Assembly (NCBI GenBank): GCA_016700035.1
Contig: CP064998.1
Location: 267,848 to 331,847 of the forward strand
Length of the DNA: 64,000 nucleotides
Direction: 5' to 3'
Source of the DNA: a bacterium
Lineage (GTDB): Bacteria > Patescibacteriota > Saccharimonadia > CAILAD01 > GCA-016700035
Position numbers and translations under genes: made by a program. The notes below the pieces were generated by a model. The model made no database searches. It saw only the letters and a program-made list of their open reading frames with translations, and was not told the origin of the DNA. Shown here piece after piece: positions 29,678 through 39,666 of the stretch (positions are counted from its first letter, which is position 1; each line of letters opens with the position of its first letter).

Positions 29678-30139
29678 ATGAATAAAAAAGCAATTTATGT
29701 TACTCGTGAGGGAATAGAAAAATTACGAGCCGAGCTTGATGATTTGGTTAATGTGCAACGTAAGAAGATAGCCACCTCTTTAAAGGAAGCCAAGGAGTTT
29801 GGTGATCTATCTGAGAACGCAAGCTGGGATGATGCTAAGGAGCGCCAAGCTTTTATTGAGGGGCGAATTGCTGAGATTGAAAATATCCTAAAGAATGTTG
29901 TAGCCATCGAAAAAGGTAATGCTAATAAAGTTGACGTCGGCTCAACGGTGCATGTTGAACTAGAAAGTGGCACCCAAGAGTTTCAGATTGTTGGATCGAC
30001 CGAAGCTGATCCTACGGCTGGCAAGATTTCAAATGAAAGTCCGATTGGCAAAGCTCTACTCGGGAAAAAACCTGGTGACGAGGTAGAGGTGGAAGTTCCG
30101 GCTGGCATAATCGTATATAAGATTCAAAAAATTAGCTAA
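29678..30139 (+). CDS. greA: Transcription elongation factor GreA
   Basis: 153 aa with coiled-coil N-terminus and FKBP-like C-terminus; AAGGAG RBS. Confidence 0.85.
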   Translation: MNKKAIYVTREGIEKLRAELDDLVNVQRKKIATSLKEAKEFGDLSENASWDDAKERQAFIEGRIAEIENILKNVVAIEKGNANKVDVGSTVHVELESGTQEFQIVGSTEADPTAGKISNESPIGKALLGKKPGDEVEVEVPAGIIVYKIQKIS

Positions 30140-30236
30140 TAAAATAGAATCATTTAGGATTAAGGCCACTCTAAGCGGAACAGAGTGGCTTTTTTTTAGG
30201 GTAGATATAATAGAAAACTGGTAAGATAGTAAGGAT

Positions 30237-31793
30237 ATGGATAATCAGACTTCAAAATATTGGCTTAATACAATTTTAGACAAAATTACTGCTCGTAAGT
30301 CGAGCGGTAGGATTTTAGTGGCTTCGGGCATTACTCCATCTGGGCCCTATCACGTGGGTCATGCACGCGAGATTCTAACTGCTGAGGCCATACGTCGCGG
30401 ATTGGAGGGGCAGAACCGAGAAGCCTTACATATCCATAATGTTGACGACTCGGATGTTCTACGCAAGCGCTATCCGTATTTACCGGAGTCTTTTGAAAAA
30501 GAGGTGGGTAAGCCAGTCTATTTAGTCCCTGCACCAGATGGCAGTACTGGTAGCTATGCTGATTATTATTTCTCGGAGTATGCTAGTGCAGCAAAAAAGC
30601 TGGAGATACCGATGGAGATCTGGCGCTCGCACGAGGAGTATCAGCGTGGCGTGTTTGCCGATGCGATTATTACTGCACTGACTCGGCGCGATGAGATTGC
30701 TAAGATTTTAGAAGTTGTTTCTCAACGTGAAGTCGCTAGAGATTGGCAACCGATTCAGATTCTAGACATCACTACTAATAACTTACGAACGGCTGAGTTT
30801 TTAGGCTTTGATGCGGGTACTTATATGGTGGAGTATCGCGCTTCGGATGGTGCTATCCATCAGGCTGATGTTCGGACGGGCGCCGTGAAGTTGGATTGGC
30901 GTGTGGATTGGCCGGCGCGTTGGGCTATTTTAGGTGTGGATGTGGAAGGTTTCGGTAAAGAACACGCTACTAAGGGTGGTAGTTATGATACCGGAGCAGC
31001 TATTGTGCGTGAGATATTTGATGCTGAGCCACCAATTCCGGTGCCATTCAATCCGATTAACCTAAAGGGAGACAATCAGAAAATGAGCTCTTCTTTGGGG
31101 AATTTAGTGACAATTGGTGATGCTCTTAAGGTTATACCTCCTGATATTTTGCGCTACTTTGTCTTTAAGAGCTTACCGCAGAAAGTCTTAGCCTTTGATA
31201 CTGGAGTTGGTATGGCGCAATTAATTGACGAGTATGCTACAACTGAGATGGCAGTACGTGCTGGAGAGCCAACCGTCTTTCGTGAGGCTTGGGAGATATC
31301 GGTTTTAGATCAGAGTCATGCCACAGTTTCGACAGTACCTTTTACGCACCTGGCCACCGTCTATCAGGCGGCTCAAGGTGATAATGAAAGGGTGTTGGAG
31401 CTATTAACTAAGACCGGGCACGCTCAAGCCGTACGAGAAGATGCTACCGTAATTGAGCGCGAGCTGGAATATGTGGCGGCCTGGTTAGAAAAGTTTGCAC
31501 CAGAGTCAATTAAGTTCACTGTTTTAGAGACTACCCCCAAGTTGGATTTGAGTGTATCTCAGCAGGATTTCTTGAGTGGCTTAGTTGAGCGACTTAATCA
31601 AGTTGCCTGGGAGGGAGATGTCTTACAGGCCACAATCTTTGCTGTGGCTCAGGCGGTCGAATTGCAGCCCAAGCAGGCCTTTTCAACTCTATACGAAGCG
31701 TTTATTGGCAAAACTGCTGGACCAAAGCTAGGGCCATTTTTAGTTAGCCTGGAAAAAGATTTTGTTTTGGCTCGACTGAGAGATTTACTCTAG
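30237..31793 (+). CDS. lysK: Class I lysyl-tRNA synthetase (archaeal/spirochaete type)
   Basis: Collinear with class I LysRS: 'SGITPSGPYHVGHAREI' (HIGH region), 'GAVKLDWRVDWPARW', 'KMSSSLGN' (KMSKS region) and C-terminal 'FLVSLEKDFVLARL'. Confidence 0.8.
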   Translation: MDNQTSKYWLNTILDKITARKSSGRILVASGITPSGPYHVGHAREILTAEAIRRGLEGQNREALHIHNVDDSDVLRKRYPYLPESFEKEVGKPVYLVPAPDGSTGSYADYYFSEYASAAKKLEIPMEIWRSHEEYQRGVFADAIITALTRRDEIAKILEVVSQREVARDWQPIQILDITTNNLRTAEFLGFDAGTYMVEYRASDGAIHQADVRTGAVKLDWRVDWPARWAILGVDVEGFGKEHATKGGSYDTGAAIVREIFDAEPPIPVPFNPINLKGDNQKMSSSLGNLVTIGDALKVIPPDILRYFVFKSLPQKVLAFDTGVGMAQLIDEYATTEMAVRAGEPTVFREAWEISVLDQSHATVSTVPFTHLATVYQAAQGDNERVLELLTKTGHAQAVREDATVIERELEYVAAWLEKFAPESIKFTVLETTPKLDLSVSQQDFLSGLVERLNQVAWEGDVLQATIFAVAQAVELQPKQAFSTLYEAFIGKTAGPKLGPFLVSLEKDFVLARLRDLL

Positions 31794-31812
31794 GGTGGTA
31801 TAATATAAGTAT

Positions 31813-33039
31813 ATGTTAGCTCCCGCCTATATTCGAGAAAATACTGATGAGGTGCGTACTGTAATTGCGCGTCGTGGCATGAACGTTGATTTGGATCGAT
31901 GGCTGAAATTAGATGTCCGTCGAGCCGAGCTTATTCCGCTTGTCGATACAGCTCGCTCCAAACTCAAGCTAGATGGTAAGCCAACTGAAGAGCAACTTAT
32001 TCAGCTTCAGAAAGATAAGCAAGATCTGGCTCGTCATGAAGAGGAGCTTAAGTATATTGAAGCCGAGTGGCAACGACTACTAGAAGATATTCCAAATTTA
32101 ATTGCCGACGGCACTCCAGAAGGAGGTGAAGATGCTAGCGTGGAGATCCGTACCGGCGGAACTAAGCCAGTTTTTAGTTTTCCGCCAAAGGACCACCTGG
32201 CATTGAATGAAAAACTTAACTTTATCGACTTCGAGCTTGGCGCAAAAGTAGCCGGTAGCCGATTTTATTATTTACGCGATAAAGGGGTGCGTCTATGGGA
32301 TGCTGTGCAGGCTTTAGCTAAGGCAGAATTGCATCAGCGCGGTTTTGAGCTTTTGTATGTGCCGCATATGGTAAATTCTCGGGTAGCTGCAGGTACTGGG
32401 TTTTTACCGCGTGGCGAGGAGCGGCAAATTTATCAGGCGGAAGGTGAGGATCTAAATATGATTGCTACCGCTGAGCTGCCCCTCACCGGCTTTGCTATGG
32501 ATGAGGTAATTGATGTGACTGCGCCTCTATTGCTTTCGGCATCTTCACCTTGCTACCGTTTGGAAGCTGGGGCCTATGGCAAATTTTCTAAGGGGCTTTA
32601 TCGAGTGCATCAGTTTGAAAAGTTGGAAATGTATATTTATTGCCAACCAAATGAGAGCGAACGGCTTTTAGAAGAAATTCTAGCTATAGAGGAAGCGCTG
32701 TGTGAGCGTTTAGAGATTCCGTACCATGTTATCCGTATTCCCGATGGTGACTTGTCGGCGCCGGCCTATAAAAAGTATGATCTTGAATATTGGAGTCCAG
32801 TCGATGAGAGTTATCGTGAGTTGACGAGTTGTAGTAATTGTACGGATTATCAGGCTCGCCGACTCAATATTCGTTATCGGTCAGCAGACGGTACACTGGT
32901 CCACCCACACACCTTAAATGGCACGGCGGTTACTTCGAGCCGAACCTTGATTGCGCTTTTGGAGAATCATCAAACCGAAGATGGGCGAGTCCGCCTACCT
33001 TCAGCTTTAGCAAGTTATTATGGGGAGGAATACTTATGA
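31813..33039 (+). CDS. serS: Seryl-tRNA synthetase
   Basis: N-terminal coiled-coil arm; class II motifs; 408 aa. Confidence 0.9.
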   Translation: MLAPAYIRENTDEVRTVIARRGMNVDLDRWLKLDVRRAELIPLVDTARSKLKLDGKPTEEQLIQLQKDKQDLARHEEELKYIEAEWQRLLEDIPNLIADGTPEGGEDASVEIRTGGTKPVFSFPPKDHLALNEKLNFIDFELGAKVAGSRFYYLRDKGVRLWDAVQALAKAELHQRGFELLYVPHMVNSRVAAGTGFLPRGEERQIYQAEGEDLNMIATAELPLTGFAMDEVIDVTAPLLLSASSPCYRLEAGAYGKFSKGLYRVHQFEKLEMYIYCQPNESERLLEEILAIEEALCERLEIPYHVIRIPDGDLSAPAYKKYDLEYWSPVDESYRELTSCSNCTDYQARRLNIRYRSADGTLVHPHTLNGTAVTSSRTLIALLENHQTEDGRVRLPSALASYYGEEYL

Positions 33040-33389
33040 TGAAATATACTATTGCTGCACGTAAGCTTGAGGTGGATCGCGAGCTAACGGGCTACATTGA
33101 GCGTAAAATTGCCAAATTAGACCGTTATTTTCCCAGACAACATCGGCCAGTTGGTGTGAGTATTGAGTTGCATCGTGATGAGTCCGCCACACCTGACAGG
33201 CGGTATGTTGTGTCGGCTCGTATAGAGGTTCAGGGTCCAGATATATTTGCTGAAACAGCGACCATCAATCCGCATAGTGCGATTGATATTTTAGAGGCTA
33301 AGCTTAAGGAGCAGATTCGTAAATACAAAGCAAAGCATGCACCAAAAAGAGTGACTCTAAAGCGCAGCAGAATATTGGAATCAGAATAA
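33036..33389 (+). CDS. hpf: Ribosome hibernation-promoting factor (short HPF/YfiA)
   Basis: 117 aa 'MMKYTIAARKLEVDRELTGYIERKIAKLDRYFP...'. Start ATG 33036 overlaps the serS TGA; GGGGAGGAA RBS at 33022-33030. The tracked ORF from 32838 overlaps serS and is rejected. Confidence 0.7.
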   Translation: MMKYTIAARKLEVDRELTGYIERKIAKLDRYFPRQHRPVGVSIELHRDESATPDRRYVVSARIEVQGPDIFAETATINPHSAIDILEAKLKEQIRKYKAKHAPKRVTLKRSRILESE

Positions 33390-33449
33390 AACTTCATATG
33401 AATTTAAGGGGGTTCACAGGTTGTATCTGGTACAATAGAAAGGTTAGCT

Positions 33450-36062
33450 ATGGCGATTAATCTAAAAACACTTTTTGGCGATCCAAATGCGCGTGAAATT
33501 AAAAAAGCACGAGTACGTGTGGATCGTATTAACACACTCGATTCTGAGATCCAAAAACTTTCCGATAAGGCACTGCGGTCTGAAACAGATAAGTTTAAGC
33601 AACAACTTCAAGATGGTAAGAGTTTAGATGGTATTTTGGAGCGAGCTTTTGCTGTGGTACGCGAAGCTAGTGCACGCGTTATTAACCAAAAACACTTTGA
33701 TGTGCAATTAGTTGGTGGAATTGTGTTGCACGAGGGTAAGATTGCTGAGATGCGCACCGGTGAGGGTAAAACTTTGGTTGCTACAGCCCCATTGTATCTG
33801 AACGCCTTGAAGGGTGAAGGTGCGCATTTGGTTACCGTCAATGATTATTTGGCTCGGATTGGCGCTGGTTGGATGGGGCAAGTTTATCATTTTCTTGGCT
33901 TGTCCTGCGGGGTGATTATGCATGATGCCGCCTATCTTTATGACCCTGAGTATACCGATGATCAGCACGCCGACGAGCGCTTACGACACTTGCGCCCAGT
34001 TACGCGCAAGGAAGCGTATGGGGCTGATATTACCTATGGCACAAATAACGAATTTGGCTTTGATTATTTGCGCGATAATATGGTTCAACACGTTGATCAG
34101 ATGGTGCAGCGTAGCTTGAACTTTGTAATTGTTGATGAGGTTGACTCAATTTTAATTGATGAGGCTCGTACACCATTGATTATTTCCCAGGCTAATGCCA
34201 AGCCAACCGATCGGTACTATACTTTTGCTAAAATTGCTCAGTCGCTCAAGCGGGATGAAGATTATACTGTTGATGAAAAACAGCGCGCCGTTAGCTTGTC
34301 GGAAAAAGGAATTACTAGAATTGAAAAGGCTTTGGGGGTTGATAATGTCTATGAGGCCGGACGGATTGAGGATGTACATCACATCGAGTCGGCTTTAAAG
34401 GCCGAGGCTATTTTTCAGAAAGAGAAAGATTATGTTGTTACTCCTGATGGCGAGATTGTAATTGTAGACGAGTTTACTGGGCGTCTTTTACCTGGTCGAC
34501 GCTACAGCGAAGGCTTACATCAGGCTATTGAAGCCAAAGAAGGTGTGACTATTCAGCAGGAAAGCCAAACCTTAGCCACTATTTCTTTCCAGAATTTATT
34601 CCGTTTATATGACAAGCTGGCTGGTATGACTGGTACGGCTGCTACTGAAGCTGAGGAGTTTGGCAAGATCTACAAGCTGGATGTCACCACTATTCCCACC
34701 CATCGCCCAATGGTCCGTCAAGATATGCCAGACCGGATTTATAAAACGCTAGTTGGTAAATTTCAGGCTGTGGTTGAGGATGTGCGAGAGCGTCATGAGA
34801 AAGGTCAGCCAGTACTCTTGGGTACGGTATCAATTGAGAAGAACGAACTGCTGAGCCGAATGCTAACTAAGGCTGGGGTGCCACATCGAGTTTTAAATGC
34901 TAAAAATAATGAGGCGGAAGCAGAGATCGTGGCATCTGCCGGTCAGCCAGGGGCGGTTACTTTGGCAACTAATATTGCCGGTCGAGGAACTGATATTGTG
35001 CTGGGTGAAGGTGTTAATGACCTGGGTGGGTTGCATGTAATCGGTACCGAACGTCATGAGTCGCGACGAATTGATAATCAGTTGCGTGGGCGGGCTGGAC
35101 GACAGGGCGATGCTGGCTCGAGCCAATTTTATGTTTCGTTAGAAGATGATCTAATGCGGATTTTTGGGAGTGAAAAGCTTGCTTCGATGATGGGGGCTTT
35201 GGGTCTACCGGAGGATACGCCGATAGAAAATCGGATGGTTTCGCGTTCTTTGGAGTCGGCCCAGAAGAAAGTTGAAGGTCATAACTTTGATACGCGCAAG
35301 CATTTGGTTGACTATGACGACGTGATGAACCAGCATCGTGAGATTATTTATGCTCGTCGCCGACGCGTACTCAAGCAAGACTCACTCAAAGATGACATTT
35401 TACCGTTGTTTGACGCGGAGTTTCAGGCGCTTTTAGAGTCTCATACCGACCCACAAACTGAAATTTTAAATATTACTACGCTTGCCGAAGCGGTGCGTGA
35501 TGTTATTCATTTGCCGAAAGACTGGGAGAAATCAGTTGAGAGTCGTGATAAAGAGGCTCTAGCAACGGAGTTTATGGGGATAACCAAAGATCTATATCGT
35601 TCGCGCGAGATGGAATTTGGCGATGAGGGTGTGATGGTGATTGAGCGTTTAGTGAACCTCAAGACGATTGATACGGCCTGGCTGGAACATCTGGAAGCAA
35701 TGGATCATTTGCGTGACGGCATTGGCTTGCGTGGCTATGGGCAACGTGATCCGCTGGTTGAATATAAAGCTGAAGCTTTTCGAATGTTTAAGATTTTGAC
35801 ACGTCGAATTGATTCAGAGATAGTCCATACCTTATTTAAGGTACGAGTTGATATTACGGCTCAACCTGAAGATGAGGCAATCGAAACCGAAATTACTCAG
35901 GGAGCACAGCAGGCTGTGACGTCTGGACCAACTGAATCTGGTAAGGTGTCACGACAAAAAGCCCTCAGAGATTCGGAGCGTTCTGGGCGTGAAGTGGGGC
36001 CAATTCGGCGGACGGCATCAATTACTAAAAAGAAGTCTAAAAAGAAGAAGAAGCGACGCTAG
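33450..36062 (+). CDS. secA: Preprotein translocase ATPase SecA
   Basis: 870 aa with Walker A '[14 protein letters not shown]', DEAD-like '[21 protein letters not shown]', and a basic C-terminal tail. Confidence 0.9.
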   Translation: MAINLKTLFGDPNAREIKKARVRVDRINTLDSEIQKLSDKALRSETDKFKQQLQDGKSLDGILERAFAVVREASARVINQKHFDVQLVGGIVLHEGKIAEMRTGEGKTLVATAPLYLNALKGEGAHLVTVNDYLARIGAGWMGQVYHFLGLSCGVIMHDAAYLYDPEYTDDQHADERLRHLRPVTRKEAYGADITYGTNNEFGFDYLRDNMVQHVDQMVQRSLNFVIVDEVDSILIDEARTPLIISQANAKPTDRYYTFAKIAQSLKRDEDYTVDEKQRAVSLSEKGITRIEKALGVDNVYEAGRIEDVHHIESALKAEAIFQKEKDYVVTPDGEIVIVDEFTGRLLPGRRYSEGLHQAIEAKEGVTIQQESQTLATISFQNLFRLYDKLAGMTGTAATEAEEFGKIYKLDVTTIPTHRPMVRQDMPDRIYKTLVGKFQAVVEDVRERHEKGQPVLLGTVSIEKNELLSRMLTKAGVPHRVLNAKNNEAEAEIVASAGQPGAVTLATNIAGRGTDIVLGEGVNDLGGLHVIGTERHESRRIDNQLRGRAGRQGDAGSSQFYVSLEDDLMRIFGSEKLASMMGALGLPEDTPIENRMVSRSLESAQKKVEGHNFDTRKHLVDYDDVMNQHREIIYARRRRVLKQDSLKDDILPLFDAEFQALLESHTDPQTEILNITTLAEAVRDVIHLPKDWEKSVESRDKEALATEFMGITKDLYRSREMEFGDEGVMVIERLVNLKTIDTAWLEHLEAMDHLRDGIGLRGYGQRDPLVEYKAEAFRMFKILTRRIDSEIVHTLFKVRVDITAQPEDEAIETEITQGAQQAVTSGPTESGKVSRQKALRDSERSGREVGPIRRTASITKKKSKKKKKRR

Positions 36063-36101
36063 ACTTTATTTAACTTAAGCTTTCTTGCTATCATAAGTAG
36101 T

Positions 36102-39100
36102 ATGGTAGAAAAACAAGGCCCTAATATTGGCGACGCCACACCAGAAGGTGTTGGGAAACTAGCTCGTGAACTGCGCGAGATTGAGCAAAAGATGCAAAGA
36201 GCCTTTGATGAGCGCGAGTGGGCGATTGAAGATCCGGATATTGATCGAGGTAATGCTTCGCTGGAGCGGGCTGATACAGACTTAGAACGCTTGAAGAGTG
36301 AGCGGAGTCGTGTTTTAAACGAAATGGCCGGTCGGTTTGAGGGCCAGAGTGGTGATGAGCCCCTAATACCGGTTAAAGATGGAACCACTCGGCCAGAAGT
36401 TCAGCCAACACTAACTACCAAGCCCGAAATTAGCCCCGATGACCCCTATCGCTTTGCCGGCCGACCAACTGATGAGATAAAGCGTAGCTTGCGTGGAATG
36501 AAGGGCTGGCGCGGTGTTGAGACACGAGTTAATCGTCGATTTGGTGATTCGTTGGGTGGTAGTGTGGCGCCAGCAGAGATTTTTCTTAATGAGTTAGCAC
36601 GCGAAGTAAAAGATGGGATGAGGCCTGTTACGCGGTCGCTGTGGTCCGAATATTATGATCGCTATAATCCAGACGGTACGGTGAATCCCGAGCCAGCTAA
36701 AAAGCAACCAAAAAATAATTCAGATAAATATCAGCCACAGGCTCAAGCTAAAAAAGCTCAAACTAAGACGCAAGGAACAAAAACTACTCAGCGAGTTAGG
36801 TATTTTGACCCAGATGATCACGATCCAGCCGATGAAGCCGAACGGTATAATGTGCCACCTGAAGAGTGGAGGCAATCAACTCACGACGAGGTCTTGCACG
36901 GTGGTAGTGAAAGTGGTTATGATGAGGACGATATATTAGATAGGAGAGACAAAATGCGATCATCTGGAGGAACTGGACCTGAAACTGGAACTGAACCTGA
37001 ACCTGACTCAGAGACAAGAGATCCGATGCGCCATCTCGACAGTGATTTAAGTGGTGACTTGCGTGATATCCTGGAAGGGCGCAGTGGTGGTGAAGAGCAA
37101 AGGCGTGCGCTAGAAGATAATGACACTGAGGCTTTCTATGGTGCACCACCTAGCCCGATTGCCAATGAAACTGACCGTATTATTGATGAGAATGATACCG
37201 AAGCTTATTATTCAACTTCACGTGGCACGCAGACAACTAGAACTGGAGCGTCAGGTGTGCAGACTAATTTTGATCGACCCACTCCACCAACCCCAGCTGG
37301 TAATACCGAAGCCCAGCCTCAGCCCATGAGTCGGGTTGAGCGTCGGGAGTCGATTGAGAATAATTATGAGTTCGAAATTGGTGGCGTGACGTTTAAAAAT
37401 GGTGAAATAGTTGATTATACGGAAGCCGATGGCGATAAGGCTCGACATATGGTAATTCAGAAGATTGGCGAAAATCCACCCAACTTAAAACTACTTAATT
37501 TGGAAACTGGTACAGAATTTGCTATTAGCGAGCAGAGTATTTCGCGTATTGAAAAGCTGCAAGATGCTGGTGGCAGGCCGCCTGAAGATGATGATGACGA
37601 TGGTGAAGGTAGAAGGCGTGAAGGTGGAGAGCCATACCAGCGTGGAAGCTACATTGATGGAGTACCGAAGGTCCCTGCTCCAGGTGAGGTTTTAGCTCTT
37701 GCTGAAGGGGCACGCTTAAATGTTGACGCACAAATTCAGGCAGTAGCTCAGGCCAAGGAGCAGCGGGAAAAATTCTTTGGTCGTAATGAGCCTGATCAGG
37801 CAGGGCTGGATTCTGCTAACCAAGGCCTAGAGAATGCTTATGCGCAGTATATGGATAATTGGTCGGCTGTATTGGCGGACTATCGTGGAGTTGAAAACGA
37901 CTTAAATGATTATAAGACAGACATGCAGGAGAAAATTACAGTATTAGATCAGTCTATTGCACGACTGGAGGCCAATACTACTCTGCCACCAGAGTTGCGT
38001 CAATATCGGATTAATATTCGTCGTGAGCGTATGCTAGAGGCTCGCGCAGCTATACAGAAGTGCGATCAGCAAATTGAAGCCCTACATCGAGGTGTGGAGA
38101 GTGTGGTGAGGCAAATTGAAATAGAAATGACGCTGGAGATGGCGCAGACTCGCTCAAAGATTGAGGCAGCCCAGTGCGCACTCAAGGTGGGTACTAAATC
38201 TGAGAAATTCCGTACTTTCTGGCGGTCTAAGAATGGTCGTCGGGCGCGTTTGGCAGTTGGTGCCGCCCTTGGTATAACTGGTGCGATGATTGCCATGACA
38301 GGTGTTGGCGCTGGGGTGGGTAGTGCTATGGTAGCTGGAGCCGGTGCTGTGATGCGCGGTACAGGTGGTTTTATGGCTACTGAAGCTGGCTGGAATATGT
38401 TGCATAATCGCCGAGCTGATAAGGCGGATTTGCGTGGCCGCCAAGATAGATGGGGTGCTCAGACGGCTAGAACACAATTTGAGGCCGGCCGTGATATGGG
38501 CTATATGACTGAACATGCCGAGGCTTTAGGGGCTGAGAATATGTCTGAAGCTGAACTGGCGGCATTTTTAGAGGCAAATGCCGGGGCGCTATATGGTGAG
38601 CGAATACTACGTGGTGCTCTAGCTGGTAATGTAGAATCATCTGCGGCGGTGGCTGGCGCATTATTGCAATCTCAGCTCGATCGCGTTAATAGTGACGCTA
38701 AGTCTAACCGTCGAGCTAAGCGAGGAGCCGCCGTGGTTGGTGTGGCGGCAGCTGCAGCACCGTTTGTTCTCAGGCATTTCCTAGATGGTCCACCAACCCA
38801 TGAGCCACCAAAAGGCCCACCAAAGCCACCTACTCCAGATTCTCCATATGATCCTAATGCGGCCCGTATGAGGGGGATCTTGAGTACCGATGAGAGCGCG
38901 GCTCAGAACTGGCAAACCATGACAGATCACTATCGCACGTTAAGTCCTTCTGAGCAGGCTGTATATAAAGCTGCAGAGCAAGCCTACGATAAGGGCTACG
39001 AAGCCGCATTAAAGGGCATGCACTTGTCGCATGCTGAATTAGATAGGGTTAACTTTATATTAGGTCGAGGATCCTTTGATGTTGGTAATGAGCAGATGAC

Positions 39101-39203
39101 GCAAATTACGCGTAGTATCGCACAGCAAGTTCAGAATGGCGCATCAACTGAGAGTATTTTAAAGCTTTACGGTATGCCGACAGATCGCTTAACTGGAGCT
39201 TGA
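36102..39203 (+). CDS. Giant (1033-aa) hypothetical protein: N-terminal coiled-coil, acidic low-complexity middle, coiled-coil, glycine-zipper membrane segment, Pro-rich C-terminal domain
   Basis: Long uninterrupted ORF with no signal peptide. 'GAALGITGAMIAMTGVGAGVGSAMVAGAGAVM' and 'AAVVGVAAAAAPFVL' hydrophobic segments. Short repeat 'DNDTEAFYG/ENDTEAYYS'. No recognisable enzymatic motif. Confidence 0.55.
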   Translation: MVEKQGPNIGDATPEGVGKLARELREIEQKMQRAFDEREWAIEDPDIDRGNASLERADTDLERLKSERSRVLNEMAGRFEGQSGDEPLIPVKDGTTRPEVQPTLTTKPEISPDDPYRFAGRPTDEIKRSLRGMKGWRGVETRVNRRFGDSLGGSVAPAEIFLNELAREVKDGMRPVTRSLWSEYYDRYNPDGTVNPEPAKKQPKNNSDKYQPQAQAKKAQTKTQGTKTTQRVRYFDPDDHDPADEAERYNVPPEEWRQSTHDEVLHGGSESGYDEDDILDRRDKMRSSGGTGPETGTEPEPDSETRDPMRHLDSDLSGDLRDILEGRSGGEEQRRALEDNDTEAFYGAPPSPIANETDRIIDENDTEAYYSTSRGTQTTRTGASGVQTNFDRPTPPTPAGNTEAQPQPMSRVERRESIENNYEFEIGGVTFKNGEIVDYTEADGDKARHMVIQKIGENPPNLKLLNLETGTEFAISEQSISRIEKLQDAGGRPPEDDDDDGEGRRREGGEPYQRGSYIDGVPKVPAPGEVLALAEGARLNVDAQIQAVAQAKEQREKFFGRNEPDQAGLDSANQGLENAYAQYMDNWSAVLADYRGVENDLNDYKTDMQEKITVLDQSIARLEANTTLPPELRQYRINIRRERMLEARAAIQKCDQQIEALHRGVESVVRQIEIEMTLEMAQTRSKIEAAQCALKVGTKSEKFRTFWRSKNGRRARLAVGAALGITGAMIAMTGVGAGVGSAMVAGAGAVMRGTGGFMATEAGWNMLHNRRADKADLRGRQDRWGAQTARTQFEAGRDMGYMTEHAEALGAENMSEAELAAFLEANAGALYGERILRGALAGNVESSAAVAGALLQSQLDRVNSDAKSNRRAKRGAAVVGVAAAAAPFVLRHFLDGPPTHEPPKGPPKPPTPDSPYDPNAARMRGILSTDESAAQNWQTMTDHYRTLSPSEQAVYKAAEQAYDKGYEAALKGMHLSHAELDRVNFILGRGSFDVGNEQMTQITRSIAQQVQNGASTESILKLYGMPTDRLTGA

Positions 39204-39230
39204 TAAGTTTTTAAGGTAAAGGAGTAAAAT

Positions 39231-39569
39231 ATGAATCCAGTACAGACAAATCAACCAGATATTTTCACCAGGCTCGGTATGGCTTCGGCTAGCGATGAGC
39301 AAAAACAACAGTTAGCCGAGCAGTTGGCAGACCTGACTATGACACGAGTTTTGAGTAAAGTAGCTGACCAAATTTCAGAAGAGCAGATGGCCGAACTGGA
39401 GCGCTTAATCGACGCCGGTGGCGATCAGGTGGATGATCGATTGCGTCAGTTAGTACCAGGTTATGATGAGCTAGTGGCCTCAACTGCTCGAGAGGTTGGC
39501 GATAAATTGGTTGCCGATCAGCAGGCTGTACTTGCTAAAATGCGTGAAAAAGCCGCTCAGCAACACTAA
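39231..39569 (+). CDS. Small all-helical hypothetical protein (possible partner or chaperone of the giant protein)
   Basis: 112 aa; strong RBS AAAGGAG 7 nt upstream; predicted helix-turn(GG)-helix; 27 nt after the giant ORF. Confidence 0.45.
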   Translation: MNPVQTNQPDIFTRLGMASASDEQKQQLAEQLADLTMTRVLSKVADQISEEQMAELERLIDAGGDQVDDRLRQLVPGYDELVASTAREVGDKLVADQQAVLAKMREKAAQQH

Positions 39570-39666
39570 GAATAACCAATAAAAACATTGACCATGCTAT
39601 GTATTTATGGTATGGTTCTTTTGTTATTTGTACCTGACAATCTACGACCCTACGAAGGGAAGAGCA

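Noticed and set aside
32838-33035. Longer 183-aa ORF overlapping the serS 3' end as the hpf start
   Set aside because: It overlaps serS by ~200 nt in another frame. The conserved HPF sequence begins at MMKYT (33036), right after a GGGGAGGAA RBS.
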